From positions 96,001-160,000 of the IMG/VR virus record IMGVR_UViG_3300022602_000029: a stretch of DNA of 64,000 nt, one strand, 5' to 3'. Source of the DNA: a virus. Below are positions 9,188 through 18,043 of the stretch, in pieces. The notes under the pieces are model-generated. The model searched no databases. It was not told the origin of the DNA and saw only the letters and a program-made list of their open reading frames with translations. Each line of letters opens with the position of its first letter. Position 1 is the stretch's first letter. A program made the position numbers and the translations under genes.

Positions 9188-9450
9188 CACACAAGACTAT
9201 AACATGGCAGCTGGGACTGACTGGCACTGAAGTGAAAGAAGGCACCAAACGACTGAGCAAGTTGCACGTAGAGCTGGATAGATGGCACAAGGCCAATGGA
9301 TTCAAACAGCGTATATTCAATCTACAGATAACCCGTCCCTATACCTACGAAGCTGTGATAGACACGACAGATCCCAAGATCGAGCTGTTTTTAAATACTT
9401 TCCTACTGACCGCTGGCTCACAGTATACGCTGACAACTGTAGGCCAATAG
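9184..9450 (+). CDS. hypothetical protein
   Basis: ATGA overlap at 9184 (ORF track start 9154 is likely too long). Confidence 0.6.
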   Translation: MTHKTITWQLGLTGTEVKEGTKRLSKLHVELDRWHKANGFKQRIFNLQITRPYTYEAVIDTTDPKIELFLNTFLLTAGSQYTLTTVGQ

Positions 9451-9687
9451 AAACAGCGTACAAGACTTTTCCTGTCGGAAAGTGACTCCACAGAGATAAG
9501 CGTTGTGCAGAGTCCAAGTATCCCAGCACCATTCTCTATAGTGAGGACCCACGGAGCGTTCTAGCCAATCTTCTACGCTAGAGACAGCCTGCACCCAATC
9601 TGGTTGCCCATTGAACTCTATTATGGGCCAAGGTGCCACCGCCCGGTAGGGTAACCGTAGAGCAGGATGGTCATACAGTGCGGGCAT
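9418..9687 (-). CDS. hypothetical protein
   Basis: Late-type GTAAATA 5 nt upstream of ATG. Confidence 0.6.
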   Translation of the reverse strand: MPALYDHPALRLPYRAVAPWPIIEFNGQPDWVQAVSSVEDWLERSVGPHYREWCWDTWTLHNAYLCGVTFRQEKSCTLFLLAYSCQRIL

Positions 9688-9902
9688 GACTTTATTTACA
9701 CAGGGCCCGAAAAAGGTCAGGCTAGGGCAAAAAAATTGCTGTGCAAAATTTGCGGTGTAGGGCGATCTAGATCTAGGTGGTTTTAATCTAAGTCACTTTA
9801 GATTTAGGGGAAAAAATGGCAAGCTAGCTGTAGCTTTTACACAACAGCTTGTGCATGCACCTCCCCACCCCAGGGGCCCCTCGGGTGCCAGCAGGCAGGT
9901 CA

Positions 9903-10178
9903 TCAGGCCGTGCGCCTGCGGGCCTTGAACATATCCACCAGGGCAAGGTCTGCAGTAGCCAGGTGGGGCTCACGTCTCGTCACTGGCGCGGCAGCGCTGT
10001 CCTTAGGTGTGAACAGGTTGACCGTAGCTGAGGTAGCTGTAGTTATAGCACTAGCTGTGCCCACTACTAGCCTGTAAAGGGTCTGCGTGATCACTGTGGC
10101 CACGATCCCAATGCCCACTCCTGCTGCCATGCTGACGAACTCGTAGTAGTGTGCTGTGAGGAAGAGGTGTAACGTCAT
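9903..10178 (-). CDS. early hypothetical membrane protein
   Basis: AGGAG RBS; hydrophobic AAGVGIGIVATVI segment. Confidence 0.65.
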   Translation of the reverse strand: MTLHLFLTAHYYEFVSMAAGVGIGIVATVITQTLYRLVVGTASAITTATSATVNLFTPKDSAAAPVTRREPHLATADLALVDMFKARRRTA

Positions 10179-10212
10179 GTGGGACTCCTAGGGTTAATAG
10201 TTAAGGGCGATG

Positions 10213-10416
10213 TTAGATCGTATCGTCGATGACTTCTGCACTAAGGCAGTCGTTGATGTAAAGCACAGGGCCTTGGCTGTATTCACGCACGCCCACCATG
10301 CTGGCATCTACCGCACACTCGTATTCCATGTTCATGCTGATCTTCACGGGCAGAGTGGGATCGACCCTGCTTAAGATCTCTATCAGTTCTGCTACTGTTA
10401 ATGTATCGTTTGTCAT
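10213..10416 (-). CDS. early hypothetical protein
   Basis: AAGGAG RBS and own promoter 10445-10473. Confidence 0.75.
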   Translation of the reverse strand: MTNDTLTVAELIEILSRVDPTLPVKISMNMEYECAVDASMVGVREYSQGPVLYINDCLSAEVIDDTI

Positions 10417-10486
10417 AGTGTGCTCCTTTGTTTGCTATGTATGTATTATACAGTCTTTTGGATGACCCGTCAAAGTCTAGGGTCTT

Positions 10487-10735
10487 TCAGCAGTCTGGAT
10501 CGAAATCGCGCCATTCATCGGCTTCGGTGGGATCTTCTTCAGGCGCTTCTTCATCCCAGATGACTTCTTCGTCGATCACGCCTAGATCCTCGACAGTGAT
10601 CTCACCGTCGGTAACCCCTTGGAATGCTGTGCGGAAACTCTGATGCTCAGCTAGGAAATCCAGGATCTCCTCTTTAGAAGTGCCCTCAGGAACTGTCAAC
10701 TCTTGGCTTAGGGTGGTAGTAACGATAACTTTCAT
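10487..10735 (-). CDS. early acidic hypothetical protein
   Basis: Start MKVIVTTTL after AAGGAG and promoter 10763-10791. Confidence 0.75.
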   Translation of the reverse strand: MKVIVTTTLSQELTVPEGTSKEEILDFLAEHQSFRTAFQGVTDGEITVEDLGVIDEEVIWDEEAPEEDPTEADEWRDFDPDC

Positions 10736-10787
10736 GTCAGCTCCTTTGTTGTTCATGTATGTATTATAACCCCAAATCCTAGTCCTG

Positions 10788-10988
10788 TCAACCTCTAAGG
10801 ACATTGAAGATGGAGTTCTGTAAATCTGCCACCTCATCGCTGGCGACATAGAAGTCTGTGCGGGGATCCCAGTACTCGCCTGCCTTTGGATCGTAGTACA
10901 GGACACGACCGTTGGGATAGTGGAATGGACCCTCTAGGCCCTTACGGCTAGTGAACTCCTGATTGTGCTTGAAAACGGTGTATGCCAT
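10788..10988 (-). CDS. early hypothetical protein
   Basis: AAGGAG RBS; GRVLYYDPKAGEYWDPRTD. Confidence 0.75.
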   Translation of the reverse strand: MAYTVFKHNQEFTSRKGLEGPFHYPNGRVLYYDPKAGEYWDPRTDFYVASDEVADLQNSIFNVLRG

Positions 10989-11026
10989 TGTGGGCTCCTT
11001 GTTGTCTATGTATGTATTATACTGCC

Positions 11027-11059
11027 AAAAAAAAGACCCGAGTCAACCGTAGGGTCTTT
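11027..11059 (-). terminator. terminator-like hairpin enclosing the -35 of the next promoter
   Basis: AAAGACCC-tacggTTGACTc-GGGTCTTT followed by a U tract. Confidence 0.6.
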
Positions 11060-11061
11060 GA

Positions 11062-11271
11062 TCATTCTAGTGTTACCTGCACTGCTGCCGCTTCCCAGTC
11101 TCTGAGGGCGAATGTGGTGTTGCCCGCTCGTATCACCATAGCTGATCCCTTTGAGGCTGCGTGCAGCTTCCTCACGACTTCTCCTGGGATGAAACCCAGT
11201 TCCTTGAGCCGGTCATCACAGCAGTGTGTGATGCGTGCAGTGATTCCCAGCTCTAGTTCAGTGAGATTCAG
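11062..11271 (-). CDS. feoA: FeoA-like SH3 protein (CTG start; absent from ORF track)
   Basis: (L)NLTELELGITARITHCCDDRLKELGFIPGEVVRKLHAASKGSAMVIRAGNTTFALRDWEAAAVQV; RLxxLGxxPG and xxxxALR FeoA motifs; GAGGA 6 nt upstream. Confidence 0.75.
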   Translation of the reverse strand: MNLTELELGITARITHCCDDRLKELGFIPGEVVRKLHAASKGSAMVIRAGNTTFALRDWEAAAVQVTLE

Positions 11272-11522
11272 ATGTCATCCTCAAGGGCTAGCTCATCTAC
11301 GGCTGCGTTGAAATCATCGATGAGGTCCTGCAGGCTCAGTTGTGATCGCTCCTTCTTGCGGCGCGGCTTCACTGAGCTACCCTCTTGATACACTAGCCAT
11401 ACGTGATCACAGCAGTAGCTTTTGCCTGTGATGCTGGGCCGACCGCAGGCCTTGCTGAGATCCAGCACACCCTCGCCCAGGTAGGTACAGGTGGATTCGT
11501 GATAGTTGTCATGTGTGCTCAT
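11268..11522 (-). CDS. early hypothetical protein with Cys/His cluster
   Basis: C...C......SYCCDH; ATGA coupling. Confidence 0.65.
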   Translation of the reverse strand: MSTHDNYHESTCTYLGEGVLDLSKACGRPSITGKSYCCDHVWLVYQEGSSVKPRRKKERSQLSLQDLIDDFNAAVDELALEDDI

Positions 11523-11782
11523 CGTGAGACCTTTTGTTCTAGTTCGTTGATCTGTCGTTGATATCTGTTGATCAGCTCGCGTTGTTCTACCATGCCTTTG
11601 GCCGCGTGATCTAGGGCATCTTCGTATCGAGTTGCGGCGTCATGCTCACCTTCCTGCCGTGCTATCCAATCGGCCGCCCAGAACAGGGCCAAGAAGCACC
11701 AGAACTGCCAACCCCAGGAAGGCACTCCCAGGCTATCGATCAGGATGCCTAGGGTGCAGTAAATGGCTATGCGCTCGATCAT
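11519..11782 (-). CDS. early membrane protein with coiled-coil tail
   Basis: Hydrophobic N-half; ATGA overlaps. Confidence 0.65.
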   Translation of the reverse strand: MIERIAIYCTLGILIDSLGVPSWGWQFWCFLALFWAADWIARQEGEHDAATRYEDALDHAAKGMVEQRELINRYQRQINELEQKVSR

Positions 11783-12645
11783 GTGCGTCTCATGCAGGTA
11801 GTCTTGGCCATAGCTTGCCAGTTGGTAGGAAAGGCTGCTCTCAAGTCGGCCAGCTTCAAGACCATGCGCAGGCTCAGCTCGCGTAGCTTGTCCTTGTGAT
11901 CTGTTATGAAGGCCAACAGCTCATCCCTTACAACGGGGTCGAACTCATATTTGTCCAGCATACCATCGCCTACGATCTGATTGATCCTTAGCATCTTTTC
12001 GCGCTGTGTGTCCATCTGGAGATCGATGTAGTGGCAGCGACTCTCCAATGCGTCCAAGTGGCTACGTAGCTTCTTGCTCTTGACGTGCTCGAACTTGATG
12101 TTAGTGATGAATATGGCTGAGCCCTTGAACTCGAAACGATCTGGGATGCCTTCACTGCGCAACATACGGCTGTCTGTGTTCCAGGCTATCCATCTCTTGG
12201 CGCTGGAGTCTAGGGCACCTTTGAGTATGTTCAGACTCAGCTCATCCAACAAGATCTGATCGCAGTCATCGAAGACCACTACGTTCTTCTCAGCGGCAAA
12301 CTCATATAGCTTGCTGTAGAGACCTAGTGCGCTCATGGCACCCTTCACGATCTCGTATTTGGGTTTGCGTTCGGCCAAGGTGTCAAACAGGCCGTCCTTC
12401 TGGAGCACAGCTTCTACGCCAAAGCTCTTGCCTACGCCTGGAGGGCCACTCACGATCATTGCACGCACGGTGCCTGACTTGACTGCCTTGGTCATGTCGT
12501 CTAGGATCGTGAATCTCTCTCTCAATCTCTCGATGATCTCTTGATCGCTCTCCTTGGCTACCTCACGCTCGCGTTGTGCGATGGCTGCTGTGTCGAACTC
12601 CAAGATCGTGGTGCCCGCTGTGGGCTTGGTGCTGGCTTTGGCCAT
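11779..12645 (-). CDS. AAA+ family ATPase
   Basis: Walker A SGPPGVGKS, Walker B VVFDDCD, sensor FITN, arginine finger ALESR. Confidence 0.9.
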   Translation of the reverse strand: MAKASTKPTAGTTILEFDTAAIAQREREVAKESDQEIIERLRERFTILDDMTKAVKSGTVRAMIVSGPPGVGKSFGVEAVLQKDGLFDTLAERKPKYEIVKGAMSALGLYSKLYEFAAEKNVVVFDDCDQILLDELSLNILKGALDSSAKRWIAWNTDSRMLRSEGIPDRFEFKGSAIFITNIKFEHVKSKKLRSHLDALESRCHYIDLQMDTQREKMLRINQIVGDGMLDKYEFDPVVRDELLAFITDHKDKLRELSLRMVLKLADLRAAFPTNWQAMAKTTCMRRT

Positions 12646-12710
12646 GTATTGCTCCTGCGTTGTTTAAAATCGTATTATAACATTATTTACTAGCCGAGTC
12701 AACCGCTAGT

Positions 12711-12824
12711 TTATCCAAAAAGGTATCGGGCCAAGGCGTTGCCCAGCACTACCAACATGATCGTGCAGGTGGCCAGGGTGAGAGCAGCCAAGAGTAGCAG
12801 GAGAGGGATTGGATCGTCTTTCAT
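12711..12824 (-). CDS. 37-aa membrane peptide
   Basis: MKDDPIPLLLLLAALTLATCTIMLVVLGNALARYLFG; start overlaps upstream stop. Confidence 0.5.
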   Translation of the reverse strand: MKDDPIPLLLLLAALTLATCTIMLVVLGNALARYLFG

Positions 12825-12997
12825 CAGTAGGTTTCCTTGACTATGTAGTAGATATCGTCCGGGTAGAGTTCCTTGAATGCATCGGTCTTGATGTAGTCGT
12901 TCAGGGCCTGTGCATTCATGAACTTGCGATGGTACACTCCCACGTGCGTGTCTTTACGGCATACGGTTAGGTATACGCTTTTTGCGTGTCCGGCCAT
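12824..12997 (-). CDS. 57-aa hypothetical protein
   Basis: MAGHAKSVYLTVCRKD...; TAATG overlap with upstream gene. Confidence 0.6.
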   Translation of the reverse strand: MAGHAKSVYLTVCRKDTHVGVYHRKFMNAQALNDYIKTDAFKELYPDDIYYIVKETY

Positions 12998-13194
12998 TAC
13001 TTGTTGACCTTCACGTTAGTTTTGAATGCTGCCCCGAGGATGACCACTGCAGCCCAGGTCGAGAAATCGTATGGGATGTTGAGTGCGGGGAATAAGGTGT
13101 TCAGGGCCCACAGTGTGAGGAGCGGACCGATGGCCACCAGTACGGCTACCACGACGATGGCTCCCAGGAGCTCTGCTAGTTTGTTTGTTTCCAT
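12997..13194 (-). CDS. early membrane protein
   Basis: AAGGA RBS before METNKL; two hydrophobic segments. Confidence 0.7.
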   Translation of the reverse strand: METNKLAELLGAIVVVAVLVAIGPLLTLWALNTLFPALNIPYDFSTWAAVVILGAAFKTNVKVNK

Positions 13195-13230
13195 TTGTTT
13201 TCCTTTAGTGTTACAGCGGGGTCTTGGCAC

Positions 13231-13479
13231 TTAGTAGTGCATAGGATGACCTACGTAGTTGTAGTCGTCCATAGGGTCTAGTTCGTCTTCAACTTCGGGC
13301 TCATACTCGTCATCAGGGAGCATGTTATTGCTCTCCATCATGTCGCCTACGTCCGCATCGCTCATGTAGCAGAGGCAAGCTTCTAATACTGTGTCTGCGT
13401 CTAAGAGACCTTCAGCTAGTAAGTCCATTAGCTTGACTGTGTTCTTGCGTGCCACGCTGCCGTTGTAGTATTCTATCAT
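13231..13479 (-). CDS. early acidic hypothetical protein
   Basis: AAGGAG RBS and promoter 13509-13537. Confidence 0.75.
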   Translation of the reverse strand: MIEYYNGSVARKNTVKLMDLLAEGLLDADTVLEACLCYMSDADVGDMMESNNMLPDDEYEPEVEDELDPMDDYNYVGHPMHY

Positions 13480-13549
13480 CTAGTGCTCCTTTTACTGCTT
13501 AAAAACTTATTATAACGCATTCTGTCCAAAATGTCAAATGCGCTGTAAT

Positions 13550-13564
13550 AAGCCCTTATGGGCT
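13550..13564 (-). terminator. short GC hairpin
   Basis: AGCCC-ataa-GGGCTT; near-identical copy at 13800-13815. Confidence 0.45.
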
Positions 13565-13583
13565 GTAGGGTTATTATATAACA

Positions 13584-13739
13584 TTAATCCACGTAGTAGT
13601 CAACCGTTTGCAATAGTGTGCTCATTGCGTTCTCTAACTCGTTAAAGCACTCCAGTTCCGCTAGTTGTACCCCATCGCATGTTGCCTCCAACAGCATAGC
13701 TTCCACTTCCGCTAGTTTAACAAGTATTGCATCTTTCAT
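13584..13739 (-). CDS. 51-aa hypothetical protein
   Basis: AAGGAG RBS, promoter 13759-13787; MKDAILVKLAEVEAMLLEATCDG. Confidence 0.65.
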   Translation of the reverse strand: MKDAILVKLAEVEAMLLEATCDGVQLAELECFNELENAMSTLLQTVDYYVD

Positions 13740-13796
13740 TTGTGCTCCTTAAAAACTTATTATAACGCATTTTGGCAAAACTGTCAAATGCGTTAT

Positions 13797-13815
13797 AAAA
13801 AGCCCTTACGGGCTT
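13797..13815 (-). terminator. intrinsic terminator
   Basis: AAGCCC-gtaa-GGGCTT followed by a U tract. Confidence 0.6.
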
Positions 13816-13822
13816 AGTGTTA

Positions 13823-14008
13823 TTATGCGTCCAGTTCCATTTCCTCTATGTTAGTAACAACATCTTTCAGTCCGTCCTCTAACGCCTCTGCTATTAAATT
13901 ACGCTGTGCTGTCTCAGCGTTAACTCTGCTACTGTAAACGCCTGTATTATAAAAAGCGTTCTCATCGTCGCCCCATCCCAGCACTTGCACAATGTAAACT
14001 TTTTGCAT
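13823..14008 (-). CDS. early hypothetical protein
   Basis: AAGGAG RBS and promoter 14035-14063. Confidence 0.7.
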   Translation of the reverse strand: MQKVYIVQVLGWGDDENAFYNTGVYSSRVNAETAQRNLIAEALEDGLKDVVTNIEEMELDA

Positions 14009-14044
14009 GCCAGCTCCTTTGTTAGTGTAAGTGTATTATACAAT

Positions 14045-14071
14045 AAAAAAGAAACCCGCACAAATGGCGGG
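14045..14071 (-). terminator. intrinsic terminator overlapping the next -35
   Basis: CCCGC-catttgt-GCGGG-TTTCTTTTTT. Confidence 0.6.
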
Positions 14072-14108
14072 CCTTTGGGAGTGTGGCCCAAAAGCCACAC
14101 CACCATGA

Positions 14109-14714
14109 TTACTCGTTGACTGCGCTCACACCTCCGTCTAGATCGATCTCTTGATTCTCCTCGTCTTCATACTCGGCAATCGTTTCTGATATCGCAAACA
14201 TCTCATCGAGATCCTCGGGGATGGCATCCTTGACTTGATCGCTAGTCATGTCAGAGAGATTGTAGCCTTCATCCCCGTCTGCATCAAACACGCCACAGAA
14301 GGCCATTCCGGATTCATAGTAATAGGCCTTTACACCGAACCCTAGATCAAGTAACCTTTCGTAGGCAGCGATAGGAGGGGCCCAGGCACTGTCAAAGTAA
14401 AAACTGACGCTGTTAGAATCTAACCTAGTGATACTGCCATCATCACCCCCGACGTCCCACTTAGTGCCCCACTCGTTGACACAATAATCATACCAGTTTT
14501 TGTAACCGTGTTTGATCTTGTTGTCTAGCTCTTTCTGCTCTAGTGCCGCCTGCTCATCAGGATCTCCCACACGGCCTGCCACGATCTGTAGATCGGATGG
14601 GATAGGAATAAACTCATCGAGCAGTCTACTATCAGCAAATGCTCGTGCCGCACGCTCGATCATCTCTGGGTCTGTGTGGGTTAACTTGAGGTTGTTGTTA
14701 CACCAGTTTGGCAT
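14109..14714 (-). CDS. DUF1281/YubB-like protein (ferredoxin-like C-terminal fold)
   Basis: MPNWCNN, NWYDYCVNEWGTKWD, FDSAWAPP signature motifs. Confidence 0.75.
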   Translation of the reverse strand: MPNWCNNNLKLTHTDPEMIERAARAFADSRLLDEFIPIPSDLQIVAGRVGDPDEQAALEQKELDNKIKHGYKNWYDYCVNEWGTKWDVGGDDGSITRLDSNSVSFYFDSAWAPPIAAYERLLDLGFGVKAYYYESGMAFCGVFDADGDEGYNLSDMTSDQVKDAIPEDLDEMFAISETIAEYEDEENQEIDLDGGVSAVNE

Positions 14715-14723
14715 AGGATCTCC

Positions 14724-14885
14724 TTAAATGGTTGAAGTGTCTATTATACTGTCTGCTAGTAAGACTGTGATCTCATAGGCTTTTTTACAACGGAATCTCG
14801 CCTGCGCTTTTTGCTGTGCCTCATAGGAGCTCGAGGCCTGGACAGCGATCTCCTTGCCGCGATATAGGCAGATGTAATCTCTCAT
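14724..14885 (-). CDS. 53-aa hypothetical protein
   Basis: MRDYICLYRGKEIAVQASSSYEAQQKA; ATGA coupling. Confidence 0.55.
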   Translation of the reverse strand: MRDYICLYRGKEIAVQASSSYEAQQKAQARFRCKKAYEITVLLADSIIDTSTI

Positions 14886-15067
14886 GCAGTCTCCTTTGGG
14901 GTCATAAGTTTACGCATATCTCTCATAAACAAACGGATGGCTTCTGCATCCGGTGCGAACAGTTCATCCCTGAGATCCCACATCTCTGTGGCCGCCATAA
15001 GGATGTCACAGTTGGTGTTTTGCTCGGCATACGCTTGTACTCTCTCACACGCTTCTGCTATTAACAT
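14882..15067 (-). CDS. early hypothetical protein
   Basis: GGGAG RBS. Confidence 0.65.
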   Translation of the reverse strand: MLIAEACERVQAYAEQNTNCDILMAATEMWDLRDELFAPDAEAIRLFMRDMRKLMTPKETA

Positions 15068-15159
15068 AAGTGCTCCCTTTAAAAGTAATATTATAGCGTC
15101 AAATTAGATTGGACTTACATGGGCGTGGCTAAAAAGCCACTTGGTCCCAATGCCTGGTA

Positions 15160-15345
15160 TTAGATATCGTATTGGTCAGCGTACCATTCGTCGTCGATCA
15201 TGTTCTGGCGATTGCGGAACTCGTTGTAGTCACGCTCGTCTTCAGCCATGTTTTCCTCAACTTGTGCGCCTGCTTGGTCTAGTGTGAGACCTTGTGCTAA
15301 CAGCTCTGCGATCTGTGCGTTGTACTCTTCCTGGCTATAAAACAT
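15160..15345 (-). CDS. early acidic hypothetical protein
   Basis: AAGGAG RBS and promoter 15372-15400. Confidence 0.7.
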   Translation of the reverse strand: MFYSQEEYNAQIAELLAQGLTLDQAGAQVEENMAEDERDYNEFRNRQNMIDDEWYADQYDI

Positions 15346-15408
15346 AAGTGCTCCTTTGTTGCTATGTGACGATTATACTGCCAAATAATACCCGAGTCAA
15401 CCGTAGGG

Positions 15409-15663
15409 TTAATATTCGTAGAACTCAACCGTAGGATCCAAGGCCTTGAGCTCTGCGGCCACTTGTGTCAGTTGCTTGTAGCGGCGCTGGACTTCACTGC
15501 GAGGTAACTCACCATCACAGCTAAGGTTCTCAGGGCTTAGTGCCGCATCGATGTGTGCAGCGAGTTGGCGGCGGCCTACTGCTGTAGTGATCTCATACTG
15601 GCGGCCGTTGAACATGGCGTTCCACTTGTTTTGCTGGGCGATGTAGGCTTTGAGTGCTGTCAT
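15409..15663 (-). CDS. early conserved phage protein
   Basis: AAGGAG RBS, promoter 15684-15712; LSPENLSCDGE motif. Confidence 0.75.
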   Translation of the reverse strand: MTALKAYIAQQNKWNAMFNGRQYEITTAVGRRQLAAHIDAALSPENLSCDGELPRSEVQRRYKQLTQVAAELKALDPTVEFYEY

Positions 15664-15777
15664 ATGTGCTCCTTAAAAACATTATTATACTGCCAAATAA
15701 TACCCCAGTCAACCTTAGGGTCTTTCTCTCAGTCCTTCCCTGCACGCTGCGTCGTGAAACCTGATGACATGGTCGTG

Positions 15778-15813
15778 AAAAAGCCCCAGAGATCCAACGT
15801 TAGGATCCTGGGG
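15778..15813 (-). terminator. intrinsic terminator
   Basis: GCCCAGGATCC...GGATCTCTGGGGC followed by TTTTT. Confidence 0.55.
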
Positions 15814-15856
15814 CTAGTGCCTGGGGAGCGACTACCAGGACTTTGGGAGCAACCTA

Positions 15857-16132
15857 TTAAAGGGTGATGCCCAGGGCCATGGCCTTGTAACCTAGAGCTA
15901 CTAGCTCCTGGCTTGGGGTTCCCATTACATACTCTACCACGTGAGCGTTGTTACCTGCTACACGGTTCTTACGATATACAGCGAAACCATGCTGACGAAC
16001 ACGGCTGACCTCAGCGCTGATGTTTTTGATACCAAAACGCTTTTCAGCTTGGCTAGCAGTAATACGCTCGCCGGCCTGTAGTGCCTTGAATAACTTGTAT
16101 GCTTTGGTTTCTTGATTGAACTTCTTAATCAT
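15857..16132 (-). CDS. putative winged-helix DNA-binding protein
   Basis: LFKALQAGERITASQAEKRFGIKNISAEVSRVRQHGFAV fits a wHTH pattern. Confidence 0.6.
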   Translation of the reverse strand: MIKKFNQETKAYKLFKALQAGERITASQAEKRFGIKNISAEVSRVRQHGFAVYRKNRVAGNNAHVVEYVMGTPSQELVALGYKAMALGITL

Positions 16133-16179
16133 TTTTGTTGTTTCCTATATGTTGCTGTACTTAAACAGTTACATATATA

Positions 16180-16470
16180 TTACGCTTTCTTTACTGGCTT
16201 TGCAACTGGTTTTTTATCCAACTTCTTACTATTTCGTCCAACTGATCTAATGCTTGTTTCATTCTTCGCTCCAAATTCTTTTGTTACGTAATAGCGGATT
16301 AGGGATCTCTGGATCATCGTTACGAGATCCCCGTTGTCATCCGTGATGAACCGGACCGGACAGCGTCCCCAGGTGCCCAACCTTTGGAACTCTTCGAACC
16401 ACTTGCGATGGGCCTTGAGTTCCGGGTCAAAGACTACCCAGGGTCTACACATGTATGAGAGTCTACTCAT
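16180..16470 (-). CDS. early conserved phage protein
   Basis: RPWVVFDP..K.HRKWF...GTWGRCPVRF. Confidence 0.65.
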   Translation of the reverse strand: MSRLSYMCRPWVVFDPELKAHRKWFEEFQRLGTWGRCPVRFITDDNGDLVTMIQRSLIRYYVTKEFGAKNETSIRSVGRNSKKLDKKPVAKPVKKA

Positions 16471-16498
16471 TGGGTATTACAGCGGGGTCTCTGTATGT

Positions 16499-16906
16499 TT
16501 AGAAAGGTGCGTCTTCGAGATCGGCCTTAGTAGCGATACCTAATGGAGCCATGCCCTCTAGCGCTGGAACCTGTGGAGTTACCGCAGCCTTAGCTGGAGT
16601 TTCTTTCTTAGGCTTCTTAGCTTCTTTGTTAGGCTTTTGCTCTTTCTTGGCAGCCTGTGTAGAGACCCCACGCTTCTCAGCGGCAGCTTCGAGAGCGGCA
16701 CGCACGGCTTTGTTGCCGTTGTCAAAGTTGATGCTCAACAGGTATGCTACAGCATCTTCCTTGGTCATGGGGTTCTTGAGCTCGATGATATCGATATCTT
16801 TGTGCCCATTTTTACGTAGTACCTTGACACGCATAGCGTCATTGCAGAAGCGGACTTTGAACTCACCGTTTTGTTTTGAAACTCCGGCATGTGTGAACTT
16901 AGACAT
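16499..16906 (-). CDS. early basic hypothetical protein
   Basis: AAGGAG RBS before MSKFTHAG; Lys/Ala-rich tail. Confidence 0.7.
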   Translation of the reverse strand: MSKFTHAGVSKQNGEFKVRFCNDAMRVKVLRKNGHKDIDIIELKNPMTKEDAVAYLLSINFDNGNKAVRAALEAAAEKRGVSTQAAKKEQKPNKEAKKPKKETPAKAAVTPQVPALEGMAPLGIATKADLEDAPF

Positions 16907-16983
16907 GTTAATCTCCTTGTAAATGTCTGTGTGTGAAAAATAACTAACTGGAACTATTAATATAGCACAGCTAGTTCGAACTG

Positions 16984-17259
16984 TCAACTGTTAATAGTTT
17001 CGAAAGGGCTCAGATCTTCGGTCTGTGGCTGATCCGCCACACCCTCACCATCCAACCAAGCTAACACCATCTCGATTGGAATCTCGAGCACGTTGGCGAT
17101 GGTTTTGGCACTCATGCCGTCGATGTAGAGTTGCTCGATATCATATGCGATGTCTTTCATTGCGCTCATTTCGTTCTCCAGTTTAGTGATTTCAATCTCA
17201 TCCCTAACCCCTCGGCTAGGGCTTTCCCTTAGTGCTTGTAGTCGAGCATGGATACTCAT
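16984..17259 (-). CDS. early protein with C-terminal HTH-like segment
   Basis: IEQLYIDGMSAKTIANVLEIPIEMVLAWL. Confidence 0.6.
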   Translation of the reverse strand: MSIHARLQALRESPSRGVRDEIEITKLENEMSAMKDIAYDIEQLYIDGMSAKTIANVLEIPIEMVLAWLDGEGVADQPQTEDLSPFETINS

Positions 17260-17271
17260 AGTTGCTCCTTG

Positions 17272-17760
17272 TTAAGCGATTAGTTCCATAGTGTCAGAAA
17301 CAGAAGCCAATGCTTCAGCTAGTGGCACTAGCTTGTTGTAAAACTTCACGTCTGATTCGTAGGTGTTGCCCGCATACCACACACCATCCTGCATGATGTA
17401 GTACCATTCAGCGCCGCAGCCTTCAGCACGCTCAAAGAACTTGTCAAAGGTGTCGTCTACCTTCCACTCAGTACCAGTCTCGCCGCGATCGCGTCCGTAA
17501 AAGGTACAGCTATCACCGTGCTCGGCATCGTAGGCTGCCTGCTGATCTTCAGTGAGATCGTATGTGCTGAATGCATGCTTCTCTCCGATGTTCTTCTTGA
17601 GGCTGCTGAGATCGCCCAGTGATACTAGCTGGTTGGCCTTTGAGCTGTCGTAGTGTTGGGCTAAGAGTTGGCCATTGTGCTCTAGGTAGCCATCCCAGTG
17701 GCAGTATACGCTCTTGCAGTTGCTGCCGTGCATGACTCCGATGCGTGATCTTGTTCCCAT
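17272..17760 (-). CDS. conserved phage protein
   Basis: MGTRSRIG...VYCHWDGYL signature; own promoter 17794-17822. Confidence 0.8.
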   Translation of the reverse strand: MGTRSRIGVMHGSNCKSVYCHWDGYLEHNGQLLAQHYDSSKANQLVSLGDLSSLKKNIGEKHAFSTYDLTEDQQAAYDAEHGDSCTFYGRDRGETGTEWKVDDTFDKFFERAEGCGAEWYYIMQDGVWYAGNTYESDVKFYNKLVPLAEALASVSDTMELIA

Positions 17761-17818
17761 AAAGTTCGCTCCTTTTTGTTTAACAATAGATATATTATAC
17801 GATCAAAACTGCCGCCCG

Positions 17819-18043
17819 TCAACCAAAGGCACGCAATAACCCTACAACCATTATGGCTATTGATATCACGTTCACTGTCAGCTGTGGGCGATTCTTGACC
17901 CGATAGGCCCAGAAGGTAAAGGCCGCTGTGCCTACGGTGAAGCTCACGATGTTCCAGGGATAGGCCGCGGGCCCCACGCTGTTGAGTGCATGCCCTAGTA
18001 CTATGAGTACTGCGCCCGCCCACTGCACATGATCTAGCTTCAT
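17819..18043 (-). CDS. small multi-pass membrane protein
   Basis: Three hydrophobic segments; ATGA coupling. Confidence 0.7.
   Translation of the reverse strand: MKLDHVQWAGAVLIVLGHALNSVGPAAYPWNIVSFTVGTAAFTFWAYRVKNRPQLTVNVISIAIMVVGLLRAFG

Noticed and set aside
13573-13603. Additional early promoter
   Set aside because: TTGACT to TATAAT spacing is 19 bp and no gene start follows before the terminator-like hairpin
15735-15765. CTGATGA...GAAA resembling a hammerhead ribozyme core
   Set aside because: Stem II cannot form while keeping G12, and flanking stems I and III are not evident
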